NCBI GenBank assembly: GCA_043818555.1
Contig: JBDRFP010000002.1
Span: 16,774 to 80,773, forward strand
Length of the DNA stretch: 64,000 bases
Reading direction: 5' to 3'
Source of the DNA: a bacterium
GTDB lineage: Bacteria; Patescibacteriota; Patescibacteriia; UBA9934
Position numbers and translations under genes: made by a program. Below the pieces are notes generated by a model that was not told the DNA's origin, searched no databases, and saw only the letters and a program-made list of their open reading frames with translations. Within the stretch, counting starts at the first letter, position 1. Every line of letters starts with the position of its first letter. Of this stretch, positions 48,872 through 57,839 are shown in pieces.

Positions 48872-49516
48872 TTAGAGTTTCTCAGCAACCCAGTTCACTA
48901 CGTAGTCGAACAACTCAGGGTCGTTTTCAAACATAGTTGTACCATGGCCAATTCCTGACTTTTTAACCAGCTCGACCTGATCAGGCTTTAGCTCTCCGAG
49001 CTTCAATATTGACTTAAACGATGTTTCATCTTCCTCGCTTGCAACTAAAAGCACGCGCTGTTCGTCGGCAAGCTTACCGATCTTGTCATCAGTTGTAACT
49101 CCTCGATAATCTACCCCAGGCGAAAGCGCAACTGCGGCCGGCATTCTGGCCTCCACGGCCATCTGAATTGCTAAATTTGCTCCAATTGACGCCCCAACAA
49201 CTACCGTTTTTTCAACTACTGCTCCTCGACGTTTAAGCTCCTCCCACGCCGCGCGCGCATCCAAAATCTTCGCCTGCTGCTCGGCCTCAGTAAACTCCTT
49301 GTACCCGCCAGGACCACCTTCGCTGGCACCGTGCCCTCGCTCGTCAATAGCAATCGATGCCACTCCACGCCCTGCAAGCGCAGCGGCAAACCCAGCCCAG
49401 CTCTCCTTAGTGGCCGGCATCATATGCAAAAGGATCGCGTATTTTTCACCTTCAGCAGGGTAAAAATCAGCCGCGATCGTCTTGCCGTCTTTGGTTGTGA
49501 GTCTTATCTGCTCCAT
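48872..49516 (-). CDS. alpha/beta hydrolase
   Basis: LLH, D.RGHG.S, GASIG nucleophile elbow, C-terminal GHG. Confidence 0.9.
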   Translation of the reverse strand: MEQIRLTTKDGKTIAADFYPAEGEKYAILLHMMPATKESWAGFAAALAGRGVASIAIDERGHGASEGGPGGYKEFTEAEQQAKILDARAAWEELKRRGAVVEKTVVVGASIGANLAIQMAVEARMPAAVALSPGVDYRGVTTDDKIGKLADEQRVLLVASEEDETSFKSILKLGELKPDQVELVKKSGIGHGTTMFENDPELFDYVVNWVAEKL

Positions 49517-49517
49517 G

Positions 49518-51635
49518 CTAATCACCAAAAGACAAAATTTCGTTCGGCCTCACGCTTTGCGCGCCGGTAATAGCCGACCCCCTGTCGTCAGTCCTTTCCC
49601 GATCACTGGCTCCACTAGCCCCACTAGCTCCTTTAGCTCCACTGGCTCCTCCCCGATCACTAGCCCCTTCACGATCGCCAGCAGATCTCTTTTTGTTTCT
49701 ATTCCTTCTTTTCCGCTTCCTCGGAACCTGCCGTTGATCATCCTGCCTACTCTCATCAGCTCGATCCCTAGCTCCTTCGCGATCACTAGCTCCTTCGCGA
49801 TCACTAGCTCCGCTAGCCCTGCTAGCCCTACTAGCTCCTTCGCGATCATTCTCTCCTTCTTCTACTTTCTTCTTCAACAAATCACCAGCCTTAATTTCCG
49901 GCTCCGTTTCCTCTTTTATCTCAACTATTTCACTTTCTTTCACCTCTTTCGCTTCTATCGCCTTTTTCGCCTCTGCCTCCTGACCTTTAGCCCTACTAGC
50001 CCAATTAGCCCCTCCCCGATCACCAAGCGCGCTCAACCCAATTTCCTCCCCAACCTTTTTCTCAATAACCTCGCCCTCCTCTACTTTTGGCGGCCTATCA
50101 ACAACTGTTTTCTCTTTACGGTCGTCAGGCTTCTGCTTCCTTCGATTTTTTGACTTCTCGCGCTCTTCTTTAATAATCGGTACACAATCTTCGCAATAAA
50201 TCGGCCGTTCGCGATCAAGCTGAACAGGCAACTTAAACACCTTACTGCAACGCGTGCAGGTGTACTCATGCGAAAATCGTTCCTGTTTTACAGCCTTTTT
50301 TAGATCTTTCGCAGCTTTCATTTCTTTTTCCAAATCAACATCATCTCCAAACCCGCTCCACTCTGCCACATGCTTTTCAATAGCGACCCGATCGCCGGCA
50401 AAGCGCTCGCGCGACTGGTCGATTACCTTTTGCTCGCTTCCAGTTCTGACAGCAATAGGATGCAGCGTTACGGCAGAAAACGGCTGGCTTGTGATTCCGT
50501 CGATCATCAACTTTACATAAACCTGAAACTTGGCAAGGTTGACCAAATCCTGCGGAATAAACCTTGGCATAAACTCATCCTCCATAAACTGAGCGTCAGG
50601 CGAGCCAACACGAAAACTGATCAGCGTACCAATGTTACCAAACACGGCATCGCGGACTTCTTCGCTGAGCTGAGCAATAAACTGGTGAGCCATCACAAGA
50701 TTCAAACGGTACTTTCGAGCCTCGCTCAAGATCGCAGCAAAAGATTCGTTTGCAAAGTTTTGAAATTCGTCAACATAAACATAAAAGTCCTGTCGTTCGC
50801 TTTCCGGCATGTCAACGCGCTCCATTGCAGCCATCTGAATTTTGGTGATTATCATTCCGCCGAGGAGCCGCATGGCATCTTCACCAATCCGGCCCTTGGA
50901 CAAGTTCACAATAAAAATCATCTGATCGTCCATTATTCTGCGCGGATTGATTGACGACTTTGCCTGGGCTACAATATTTCGAATAATAGATGCGGAAAGA
51001 AACTGACCGACCTTGTTTTGAATAGGCGCCACAGCTTCGGACGCAAATTTGCTCTGGTAGGACTCAAATTCTTTAATCCAGAACTGCTTAATTATCGGGT
51101 CCTTAACATTGCCGATTATAATTTTTCTGTAATCAGCGTCAGAAAGTAGCCTGTTGATTCCCAAAAGCGTACTGCCAGGCGTTTCAAGAAGAGCCAAAAT
51201 AGTATTATTCAAAATGTACTCCATTCGGGCACTCCAGACATTTTCCCAAATCTTTTTGAACACGCTCATCATTCCGGCTGCAACAAGATGGCGCTGAGTG
51301 TCGTCGACCGATTCGAGAATGTTAAAACCGACCGGATAATTCAAATCTGCCGGGTTAAAGTAGACAACATCGTTAATTCTCCAACTTGGGATGTAGTCAA
51401 GCAGGCGCTCAGCAGTGTCGCCATGCGGGTCAATGTAGCAGCAGCCGTGACCGGCATAAATGTCTGCAAGAATCATGTTTTCGAGCAGAGTCGTTTTTCC
51501 AACACCGGTTTTTCCAATTATATACATGTGCCGACGGCGGTCGTCGGTTTTAATCCCAAATTTCCGCATTTGATTGCGGAAGTTCGTCTTTGCAAAATAG
51601 ATGACGTCGTTTTCGTGATCGTGTTCGTATCTCAT
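49518..51635 (-). CDS. TraD/VirD4-like ATPase with CxxC-x17-CxxC domain and a repeat-derived tail
   Basis: RRRHMYIIGKTGVGKT, DPHGD, YVDEFQ, EARKY; CTRC...PIYCEDC; GASDRE repeats. Confidence 0.9.
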   Translation of the reverse strand: MRYEHDHENDVIYFAKTNFRNQMRKFGIKTDDRRRHMYIIGKTGVGKTTLLENMILADIYAGHGCCYIDPHGDTAERLLDYIPSWRINDVVYFNPADLNYPVGFNILESVDDTQRHLVAAGMMSVFKKIWENVWSARMEYILNNTILALLETPGSTLLGINRLLSDADYRKIIIGNVKDPIIKQFWIKEFESYQSKFASEAVAPIQNKVGQFLSASIIRNIVAQAKSSINPRRIMDDQMIFIVNLSKGRIGEDAMRLLGGMIITKIQMAAMERVDMPESERQDFYVYVDEFQNFANESFAAILSEARKYRLNLVMAHQFIAQLSEEVRDAVFGNIGTLISFRVGSPDAQFMEDEFMPRFIPQDLVNLAKFQVYVKLMIDGITSQPFSAVTLHPIAVRTGSEQKVIDQSRERFAGDRVAIEKHVAEWSGFGDDVDLEKEMKAAKDLKKAVKQERFSHEYTCTRCSKVFKLPVQLDRERPIYCEDCVPIIKEEREKSKNRRKQKPDDRKEKTVVDRPPKVEEGEVIEKKVGEEIGLSALGDRGGANWASRAKGQEAEAKKAIEAKEVKESEIVEIKEETEPEIKAGDLLKKKVEEGENDREGASRASRASGASDREGASDREGARDRADESRQDDQRQVPRKRKRRNRNKKRSAGDREGASDRGGASGAKGASGASGASDRERTDDRGSAITGAQSVRPNEILSFGD

Positions 51636-51641
51636 ATTCGA

Positions 51642-51760
51642 TAATGACCAATGCCCAACTATCAATTCCCAATGAATCCCCAATCCCCCAATTCGATCTT
51701 CAATTGGTTATTGTGCATTGGATATTCATTGGTCATTGGGTTTTTGTGAATTGGTCATTT
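51642..51760. repeat. heptamer-based (CCAAT/ATTGG) hairpin repeat
   Basis: ~42-nt identity with 28796-28837; inverted second half. Confidence 0.85.
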
Positions 51761-53387
51761 AAATTGGTAGATTCTCAGGTCCTGATTCTTGACCGATTGG
51801 TTCATCAGCTAAATCTAATCCCGGCGGCAACGGAGCCGGCATGCCAGCTTTTGGCATGTATTCGCCTTCTACGATTTGATTAACCCCCGCGTCATACGAT
51901 TCAACCTCCGCGCTTTTCGAAATAACCCCCTCATCTTTTGTCAAACCCCCTTCAACTCCTAAACTCGGCGTTGGCACAACAAGCGGTTTTGGCTCAGGGA
52001 GTTTTTTATGCACTGTAACGCCTGCGGCAGCCTGCACATCCGGCGATACACGGTCCAAATTCGGCAAGGTAGGATCGTCGGCCCCTGCAAATTCAAGCTC
52101 GCTAGGGGCTTCCGCGCGCCGCGCGCCAATACTTGTCAACACCGGCGTTCGAGCGTCAGCGGCCGGGAAGTGGAACAAAGTCGCAAGTTCCTCACAGTTC
52201 AAAATGTACGGTGTTGCGCCAGCGCCAAACGAACGATTCTTATATCGCTTAATCAGCCGGCGCTGTTTCATTGGCATCTGCCAGAGCATGTAAAAATAAT
52301 CATCCTTTGGAGTTGAAGGAATGTGCAAACCAAATTTATTCATTCCCAAGTGACCGTACTGGTGGAAAATACCTTTAATCATTGAAGCCGCGGTCCCCTT
52401 GCGGAAAACATCTTTTTTACCACAATAAACAACCCTGATCTTTGTGAGCCAGCCGATTGATCCAGTTTTCCGCGAAACCGAATCAATTAGTTCTTTTTCG
52501 TCAGGCGTAATCCTAAACATTGCCCAGTTATCTGCCGATTTTTCTTCTGCTGAGGCCGCGCCCATCCCAATTGCCTGGCTCAAGAGTTCCTGAGGCACCC
52601 AGCCGACAGCTTCTGCCAAAAAGCTCTTTTTCTTTAGCTCTTCCTTCCCAAACTTGCTATTAACAAACTTTTCGCCTTCTTTAATCCAACCCTGACTGTC
52701 CGGTTGCATAACCAAAAGCTGAATCCAAAAATGCTCACCGGGACGCATTTTCCCCAAAATCTCAATTACTCCAAGAAGCGGATCTTTAAACCGCTGATCT
52801 TTTTCGCCCTGATGTTCGAACAGATCCCAGGTTTTGATTGGAACATACTGTGGCTTCTTTAGCATCATCTCCGTACCAAAACAATCGTATTCCTCATGCG
52901 GGTAATCGTTAGGGATCAGATCAACATAGTCCTCCACTTCGAGCATCTGAGCTTCCGGATATTGGGCGTAGAGCGATGCCTCCAAGAGGTCGCGATACTT
53001 GTCGGTTGTTCGAATGTAGAATTTAATGTGCCCACCGTTGCTTACAATTTCAAAAGCAAAATATGATTGGAACTTTCCCCAAAACCACTTTTCCTTCCAT
53101 GTGATTGACGATTTTGATCCGGCAAGGTTGGTAAAAAAGTTCGCCATTCCCATTGGGGTTTGGATGGCGTCCTGCGGCACACTGATTTCGTACAGGGTCC
53201 ATTTAAACTTTTCCCAGTACTGAACCTGCTTGCGGAAAAGCCAAACTTCTGAGAAGCCCCAAATGGCCACAGCAAAAATCGGCACCCACCCAATTGCCAA
53301 AAGGATGTGCGCGCCCATTACCTCCACAGGCGTTGTGGCAAGGTACTGTTCGATTGCAGCCGGAAGAGCTATAAACACTCCGATCAT
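51759..53387 (-). CDS. membrane-anchored partner of the coupling ATPase, homologous to the N-terminal half of 26233-28764
   Basis: shared motifs EI.VP, FEIV, L.AQYP.A....VEDY, P.KT, DPL, L..EE.A.L.H.P. Confidence 0.8.
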   Translation of the reverse strand: MIGVFIALPAAIEQYLATTPVEVMGAHILLAIGWVPIFAVAIWGFSEVWLFRKQVQYWEKFKWTLYEISVPQDAIQTPMGMANFFTNLAGSKSSITWKEKWFWGKFQSYFAFEIVSNGGHIKFYIRTTDKYRDLLEASLYAQYPEAQMLEVEDYVDLIPNDYPHEEYDCFGTEMMLKKPQYVPIKTWDLFEHQGEKDQRFKDPLLGVIEILGKMRPGEHFWIQLLVMQPDSQGWIKEGEKFVNSKFGKEELKKKSFLAEAVGWVPQELLSQAIGMGAASAEEKSADNWAMFRITPDEKELIDSVSRKTGSIGWLTKIRVVYCGKKDVFRKGTAASMIKGIFHQYGHLGMNKFGLHIPSTPKDDYFYMLWQMPMKQRRLIKRYKNRSFGAGATPYILNCEELATLFHFPAADARTPVLTSIGARRAEAPSELEFAGADDPTLPNLDRVSPDVQAAAGVTVHKKLPEPKPLVVPTPSLGVEGGLTKDEGVISKSAEVESYDAGVNQIVEGEYMPKAGMPAPLPPGLDLADEPIGQESGPENLPI

Positions 53388-53519
53388 AATGAGATTATTA
53401 TAGCATATTGCGAGAGTAGACAGTAGGGACGCTGTATGCAATGTCCCTACGACAGAGGTTCGCAGTTGCCTGTTCGCGGTTCACAAAACAAAACAAGAGC
53501 CTGGGCTCTTGCTTTTTTT

Positions 53520-53849
53520 TTACGATGTTGCCAGTCCTACTTTTTGTTCAACTATGTTCAGCCGCTCCTCGAGACGATCTTGTCTGTGCCGCATCATTAG
53601 AAGTTCCTGATCCAGAGTCTCGTGCAGCTTACAAAAACGATCAAATTCGGTCAAAATCCTTGATTCTGTTTCCTTCAGCCTTGTGTCCACAAGGCCCTCT
53701 ACATCCTCATGCGACAATATTTTTGCCTCTATTGGTATCAATTTCTTATCCGCAACTTCTGCAACAATATTCTCAACATCCTCTCGCATGAGCATGTTCT
53801 GCTGGAGAAAGTCCAGAATCTCGCTTGTCGATACGTCGCCATTTGTCAT
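53520..53849 (-). CDS. coiled-coil hypothetical protein
   Basis: heptad pattern; TGG-TATAAT 6 nt before ATG; downstream terminator. Confidence 0.7.
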   Translation of the reverse strand: MTNGDVSTSEILDFLQQNMLMREDVENIVAEVADKKLIPIEAKILSHEDVEGLVDTRLKETESRILTEFDRFCKLHETLDQELLMMRHRQDRLEERLNIVEQKVGLATS

Positions 53850-53873
53850 AAATTGATTATACCACAAACCGAC

Positions 53874-56810
53874 TTATCGATGCCTTCGCTTCTCCCACGC
53901 CACCAATAACGGACTTGCGATAAAGATTGACGAGTACGCACCGGAAACAATTCCGACCATCAACGCCAGGATAAACTCGCGCGTGGTTTCTCCTCCGAAC
54001 AAGAATATTGCAAGCAGCACCAGCAATGTCGTCAGCGAGGTGTTAATTGACCGCGCAAAGCTCTGCATAACACTTTGGTTTACGATTTGACCAAACGAAG
54101 CGTCGCTATGGCGGTTACTGATCAAGTTTTCACGAGTACGATCGAATACAACAATAGTGTCGTTAATCGAGTACCCAAGAATTGTGAGCATGGCAGCTAC
54201 AAACGCCGTGTCAATTTGAAAGCCGTAAAAATATCCGAGGGCTGCGAAAAGTCCAAGCGGGATTATTACATCGTGCACTGCTGCAACGATCGTGAGAATT
54301 CCGTACTTCCAGGAAGCAATTGGTTTTGTGACTTTTCTGAACGCCCAAGCAACATAGAGAACAATCAGTACGAGCAAAAGTACCACTGCTGAAACTGACT
54401 TTTTCTTCAGCTCTTCGCCAATCACAGGCCCGACAGCGTCATAACGGAGCTCTTCAATTTCGCCGTAGCGTTCCCCAAGCCCTGCAATAACCGCATCGTG
54501 CTCTTCGGTTGTAAGAGGCGCGAAGCGAATAAGCATTTCGCTCTCGCCGCTGTCCTGAACTACTGCGTCAAATCCGATTTCTGCCAAAGCTATGCGAATT
54601 TCACCAGATGCCGCAGAAGTCTCCATTGTGATCTCCATCAAGCTACCGCCGGTAAAATCAATCCCCAAATTCAGGCCAAAAATCGCTATGCTCGCTATTG
54701 CAGCAACCAGCAGCACGGTAGAAATCCCGAGCCAGATTTTTGTTTTCCCAATTACGTTAAAATTTTTCATATATTTGCTGACTACTGAATACTGTCTACT
54801 TTTGCTTTTAGATCCCCCATACAACCACTTTGACTTCAAAATCTTCCCACCGCTTACCCAGTGTAAAAGCACGCGCGTGACCAAAATCGCAGTCAGCATG
54901 GACACCAAAATTCCAAGCGCCAGCGTAAGCGCAAAGCCTTTAATAAAGCTGGTGCTCATTGTAAACAGCACTGCTGCGGCGATTAGCGTTGTAATGTTGC
55001 CGTCTCGGATTGATGTCCAGGCCCGGCGGAATCCTTCGTCAATAGCTGTTGACAAGTCGCGACCACTTATTAATTCTTCCTTAAGCCGTTCAAAAATCAA
55101 CACATTGGCGTCCACTGCCATACCAAGCGAAAGGATAAATCCGGCGATTCCGGCAAGCGTAAGCGTAACGCCAAGCCATTTGTACAAGGCAAGGTTGACT
55201 GCGCCGTACACAACAAGGGCCAGCACTGCGAGCAATCCGGCCAATCGATAATATGCAATCATGAACAAAGCCACAAGCGCAAAGCCAATCAGGGCCGCAT
55301 TAATGCTTCTCTCTAGCGAAACCGCTCCAAGCGACGGGCCAACCGTCTGCTGGCTGAGAAGATCCACCGGAACCGGCAAGGCGCCCGCGTTCAGGCGCTG
55401 CGCAAGCAATTTTGCTTCTTCGAGCGTAAAGCTACCGGTAATCGTGGCATCGCCTCCGTAAATAACATTTTGAACAACTGGGGCTGAAATTGGATCTCCA
55501 TCCAGGAAAATTCCAATCACTTCGCCAATCTGCTCTTCGGTCAGAATCTGGAACAGATCACCGCCTTCATCGTTAAAGTCTAGCGTAACATAAGGTGCGC
55601 CCGTACTCTGATCAAAAGCGACTGCCGACCCCTGTACATGCTTTCCAGAAAGCCCTGTGTTTTCCCACATTGCGTCTTCCATCAGGTCACTGACTGTTGT
55701 CCAATCCATTTTAATGTGCGCGATCTCGTAAGTTGGCACAGCGCGGGAGTTGGTTCGATAGATTATATGATATCCAAACCTGGTCTCAACAACATCTGAA
55801 ATTGTGTTGTCTTCCATTGCAAACAGCGCGGTTTCAAAATCCTCAACCATCATCCCTTCACGCACCCATCCAAGCGACCCCTCGTCTTGCGCGCTTGGAC
55901 CCTCTGACTTTTCTACTGCAGTTTCGCCAAAAGTTGCAGCCGTTACTTCGCGCTGAATTTCCTCTGCAATCAGCTGGGCTTCAATTTTTGAGCGTTCAGA
56001 ATCACATCCGTCCGATTCGCTGTGGCAAATCAGGATGTGCGATGCTTCAACTTCGATGCGGTCCTGCTCGGAAATGTAATTTACAATGTGAAGTTCTGAT
56101 TCAGCTTCGTAAATTCCGTTAATCACGCCGGTTGGAATGTTTTCCGATCCAATCTGCTCAACTAGCTCGTCAAAAATGTAATTTTCAGAATCTACAAAAC
56201 CAATGTATCCGCCATTATTGTTGGTGGATGTTGCTGTTGAAAATTCTGCCGCAAGCGCTCCAAAATCCTCTCCCGCAAGCGCGCGATCCAGCACTGCAAG
56301 CGCGGCCGTGTATTCCTCAGCCTGAGCAGCTTCGACTTGTGCTTCCTGCTCTTCAGTCGCCTCAACCTCGTCAAGATTTGTTGGAATCTTAAACTCTAAA
56401 ATAGGCGTCTCACCGATTTCCGCAATCGCTTCGCTAATGTCAAACACGCCAGCAAGTTCAATAATTAGTCGGTAATGGCCGTCGGTGATTGTTGTCTGCA
56501 CCAAAGGCTCTGCAACGCCGAATGCGTTCACGCGTCGCTCAATAACATCACGGACTCCTTCCAAAGCACTGGCGCGGTCGTCAGCGTCGATGTTAGACAT
56601 GTCGGCTTCGTAAAGAAGGTGCGCGCCGCCCTGCAAGTCCAACCCAAGCCGAAAACCTTCATCGGAAAAATGCGGACCAAAGCCGATTTTGTCCATTGCG
56701 CTGTTCCACATGCCTGGAAATGCGGCTGATGCCGTAAGTACAAAAACCACTACGATTGCCAGAATCGTAGCATGTAAATTCCATCGCCTCCTGCCTTGTT
56801 TTCGTTCCAT
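53874..56810 (-). CDS. secDF: SecD-SecF fusion with inserted parvulin (PpiC) PPIase domains
   Basis: LGLDLQGG, VDANVLIFER, IRDGN; SecF part LGIDFTGG, SINDTIVVFDR.REN; ASHILI...GSLGW...MVEDFE.A.F...TRFGYHII. Confidence 0.93.
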   Translation of the reverse strand: MERKQGRRRWNLHATILAIVVVFVLTASAAFPGMWNSAMDKIGFGPHFSDEGFRLGLDLQGGAHLLYEADMSNIDADDRASALEGVRDVIERRVNAFGVAEPLVQTTITDGHYRLIIELAGVFDISEAIAEIGETPILEFKIPTNLDEVEATEEQEAQVEAAQAEEYTAALAVLDRALAGEDFGALAAEFSTATSTNNNGGYIGFVDSENYIFDELVEQIGSENIPTGVINGIYEAESELHIVNYISEQDRIEVEASHILICHSESDGCDSERSKIEAQLIAEEIQREVTAATFGETAVEKSEGPSAQDEGSLGWVREGMMVEDFETALFAMEDNTISDVVETRFGYHIIYRTNSRAVPTYEIAHIKMDWTTVSDLMEDAMWENTGLSGKHVQGSAVAFDQSTGAPYVTLDFNDEGGDLFQILTEEQIGEVIGIFLDGDPISAPVVQNVIYGGDATITGSFTLEEAKLLAQRLNAGALPVPVDLLSQQTVGPSLGAVSLERSINAALIGFALVALFMIAYYRLAGLLAVLALVVYGAVNLALYKWLGVTLTLAGIAGFILSLGMAVDANVLIFERLKEELISGRDLSTAIDEGFRRAWTSIRDGNITTLIAAAVLFTMSTSFIKGFALTLALGILVSMLTAILVTRVLLHWVSGGKILKSKWLYGGSKSKSRQYSVVSKYMKNFNVIGKTKIWLGISTVLLVAAIASIAIFGLNLGIDFTGGSLMEITMETSAASGEIRIALAEIGFDAVVQDSGESEMLIRFAPLTTEEHDAVIAGLGERYGEIEELRYDAVGPVIGEELKKKSVSAVVLLLVLIVLYVAWAFRKVTKPIASWKYGILTIVAAVHDVIIPLGLFAALGYFYGFQIDTAFVAAMLTILGYSINDTIVVFDRTRENLISNRHSDASFGQIVNQSVMQSFARSINTSLTTLLVLLAIFLFGGETTREFILALMVGIVSGAYSSIFIASPLLVAWEKRRHR

Positions 56811-57165
56811 AGTATGTTCGTTAGCCAAATTCGCTAGTCAGATCGTTTTAACATATTAAACGATTTTAATGTTTTGAACGTTAATGATAAGTGGCCCTAT
56901 TTTAGATTAAATAGCCAAAATTGGCAAGTGGATAGTCGAGAAACGAGAGTAGTCAGTAGACAGTAGACGGTAGACGGTAGACGGTCGAAGGCCTATAATA
57001 AACCTCGTCTATCGGTCTGTAGTTCTGTAGAGTCTGTAGGTCTGTAACGACCTCCAACTTGACACAACACCCCAAATCGGGTTAGATTACCACCTCTGCA
57101 AGGTCCAAACCCAAACAGAGACCCACCCCACCCTCCTTCGCAACTCTCCTGGAGCAAAAACACGG

Positions 57166-57765
57166 ATGCCCGCAACATTCGATCCTTACATCCCAACACA
57201 CCAGCTCATCGAAGAGCTACACAACTCTCTCCCCGCCGCCTCATCCCGCATGCATGAAGCGATCCAATTCGCTATTCGTGCATACAAAAACGCCAAGCGC
57301 TACGACGGCTCAAACTTTCTTGGCCACGCACTTCGCGTTGCACTGATCCTGACGCAGGAGGTGGAAGAAGCTGACGAGGAAACCATTGTCGTCGCAATCC
57401 TGCACGACGCGGTAGAAGAACATGGCGTAGGGATGGTGGAGATCTCCCGAGCGTTCGGGCCGATCACCACTTCTCACATCGCCTGGCTCACCAAGTTCTC
57501 GCCTCCACGAGAGCGTGAGAAAGAAACTGACGTGTTCCACCTGAATTGCGTTACAGGCGCGCCGAGGTGCGTACGCATGGCTCGACTGGCCGACAGGCTC
57601 GACAACATGCGGAGCGTCCCGTTCCTGCCCGAGGAGCAGTACGCGCGCATCCGCGACTACCACGAGCACGCGCTCCCGACCGTGCTCGAACTCGCTGGGA
57701 TGACGAACGAGTGGTTTATCGAACCGCTCAAGAGCGTCAACATGGACCGCTTGGCCGATCGCTAG
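57166..57765 (+). CDS. stand-alone HD-domain protein, RelA/SpoT hydrolase (Mesh1/SAH)-like
   Basis: R.DG..F..H...VA, ILHDAVEE, LTK, LADRLDNMR; TTGACA-18-TAGATT promoter; terminator at about 57800-57838. Confidence 0.85.
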   Translation: MPATFDPYIPTHQLIEELHNSLPAASSRMHEAIQFAIRAYKNAKRYDGSNFLGHALRVALILTQEVEEADEETIVVAILHDAVEEHGVGMVEISRAFGPITTSHIAWLTKFSPPREREKETDVFHLNCVTGAPRCVRMARLADRLDNMRSVPFLPEEQYARIRDYHEHALPTVLELAGMTNEWFIEPLKSVNMDRLADR

Positions 57766-57839
57766 CTCACGATCACTGGCTCACGATCGCTAAAAAAACT
57801 ACTGGCGCTTTCGCACGAAAGCGCCAGTCTTTATTTTGG

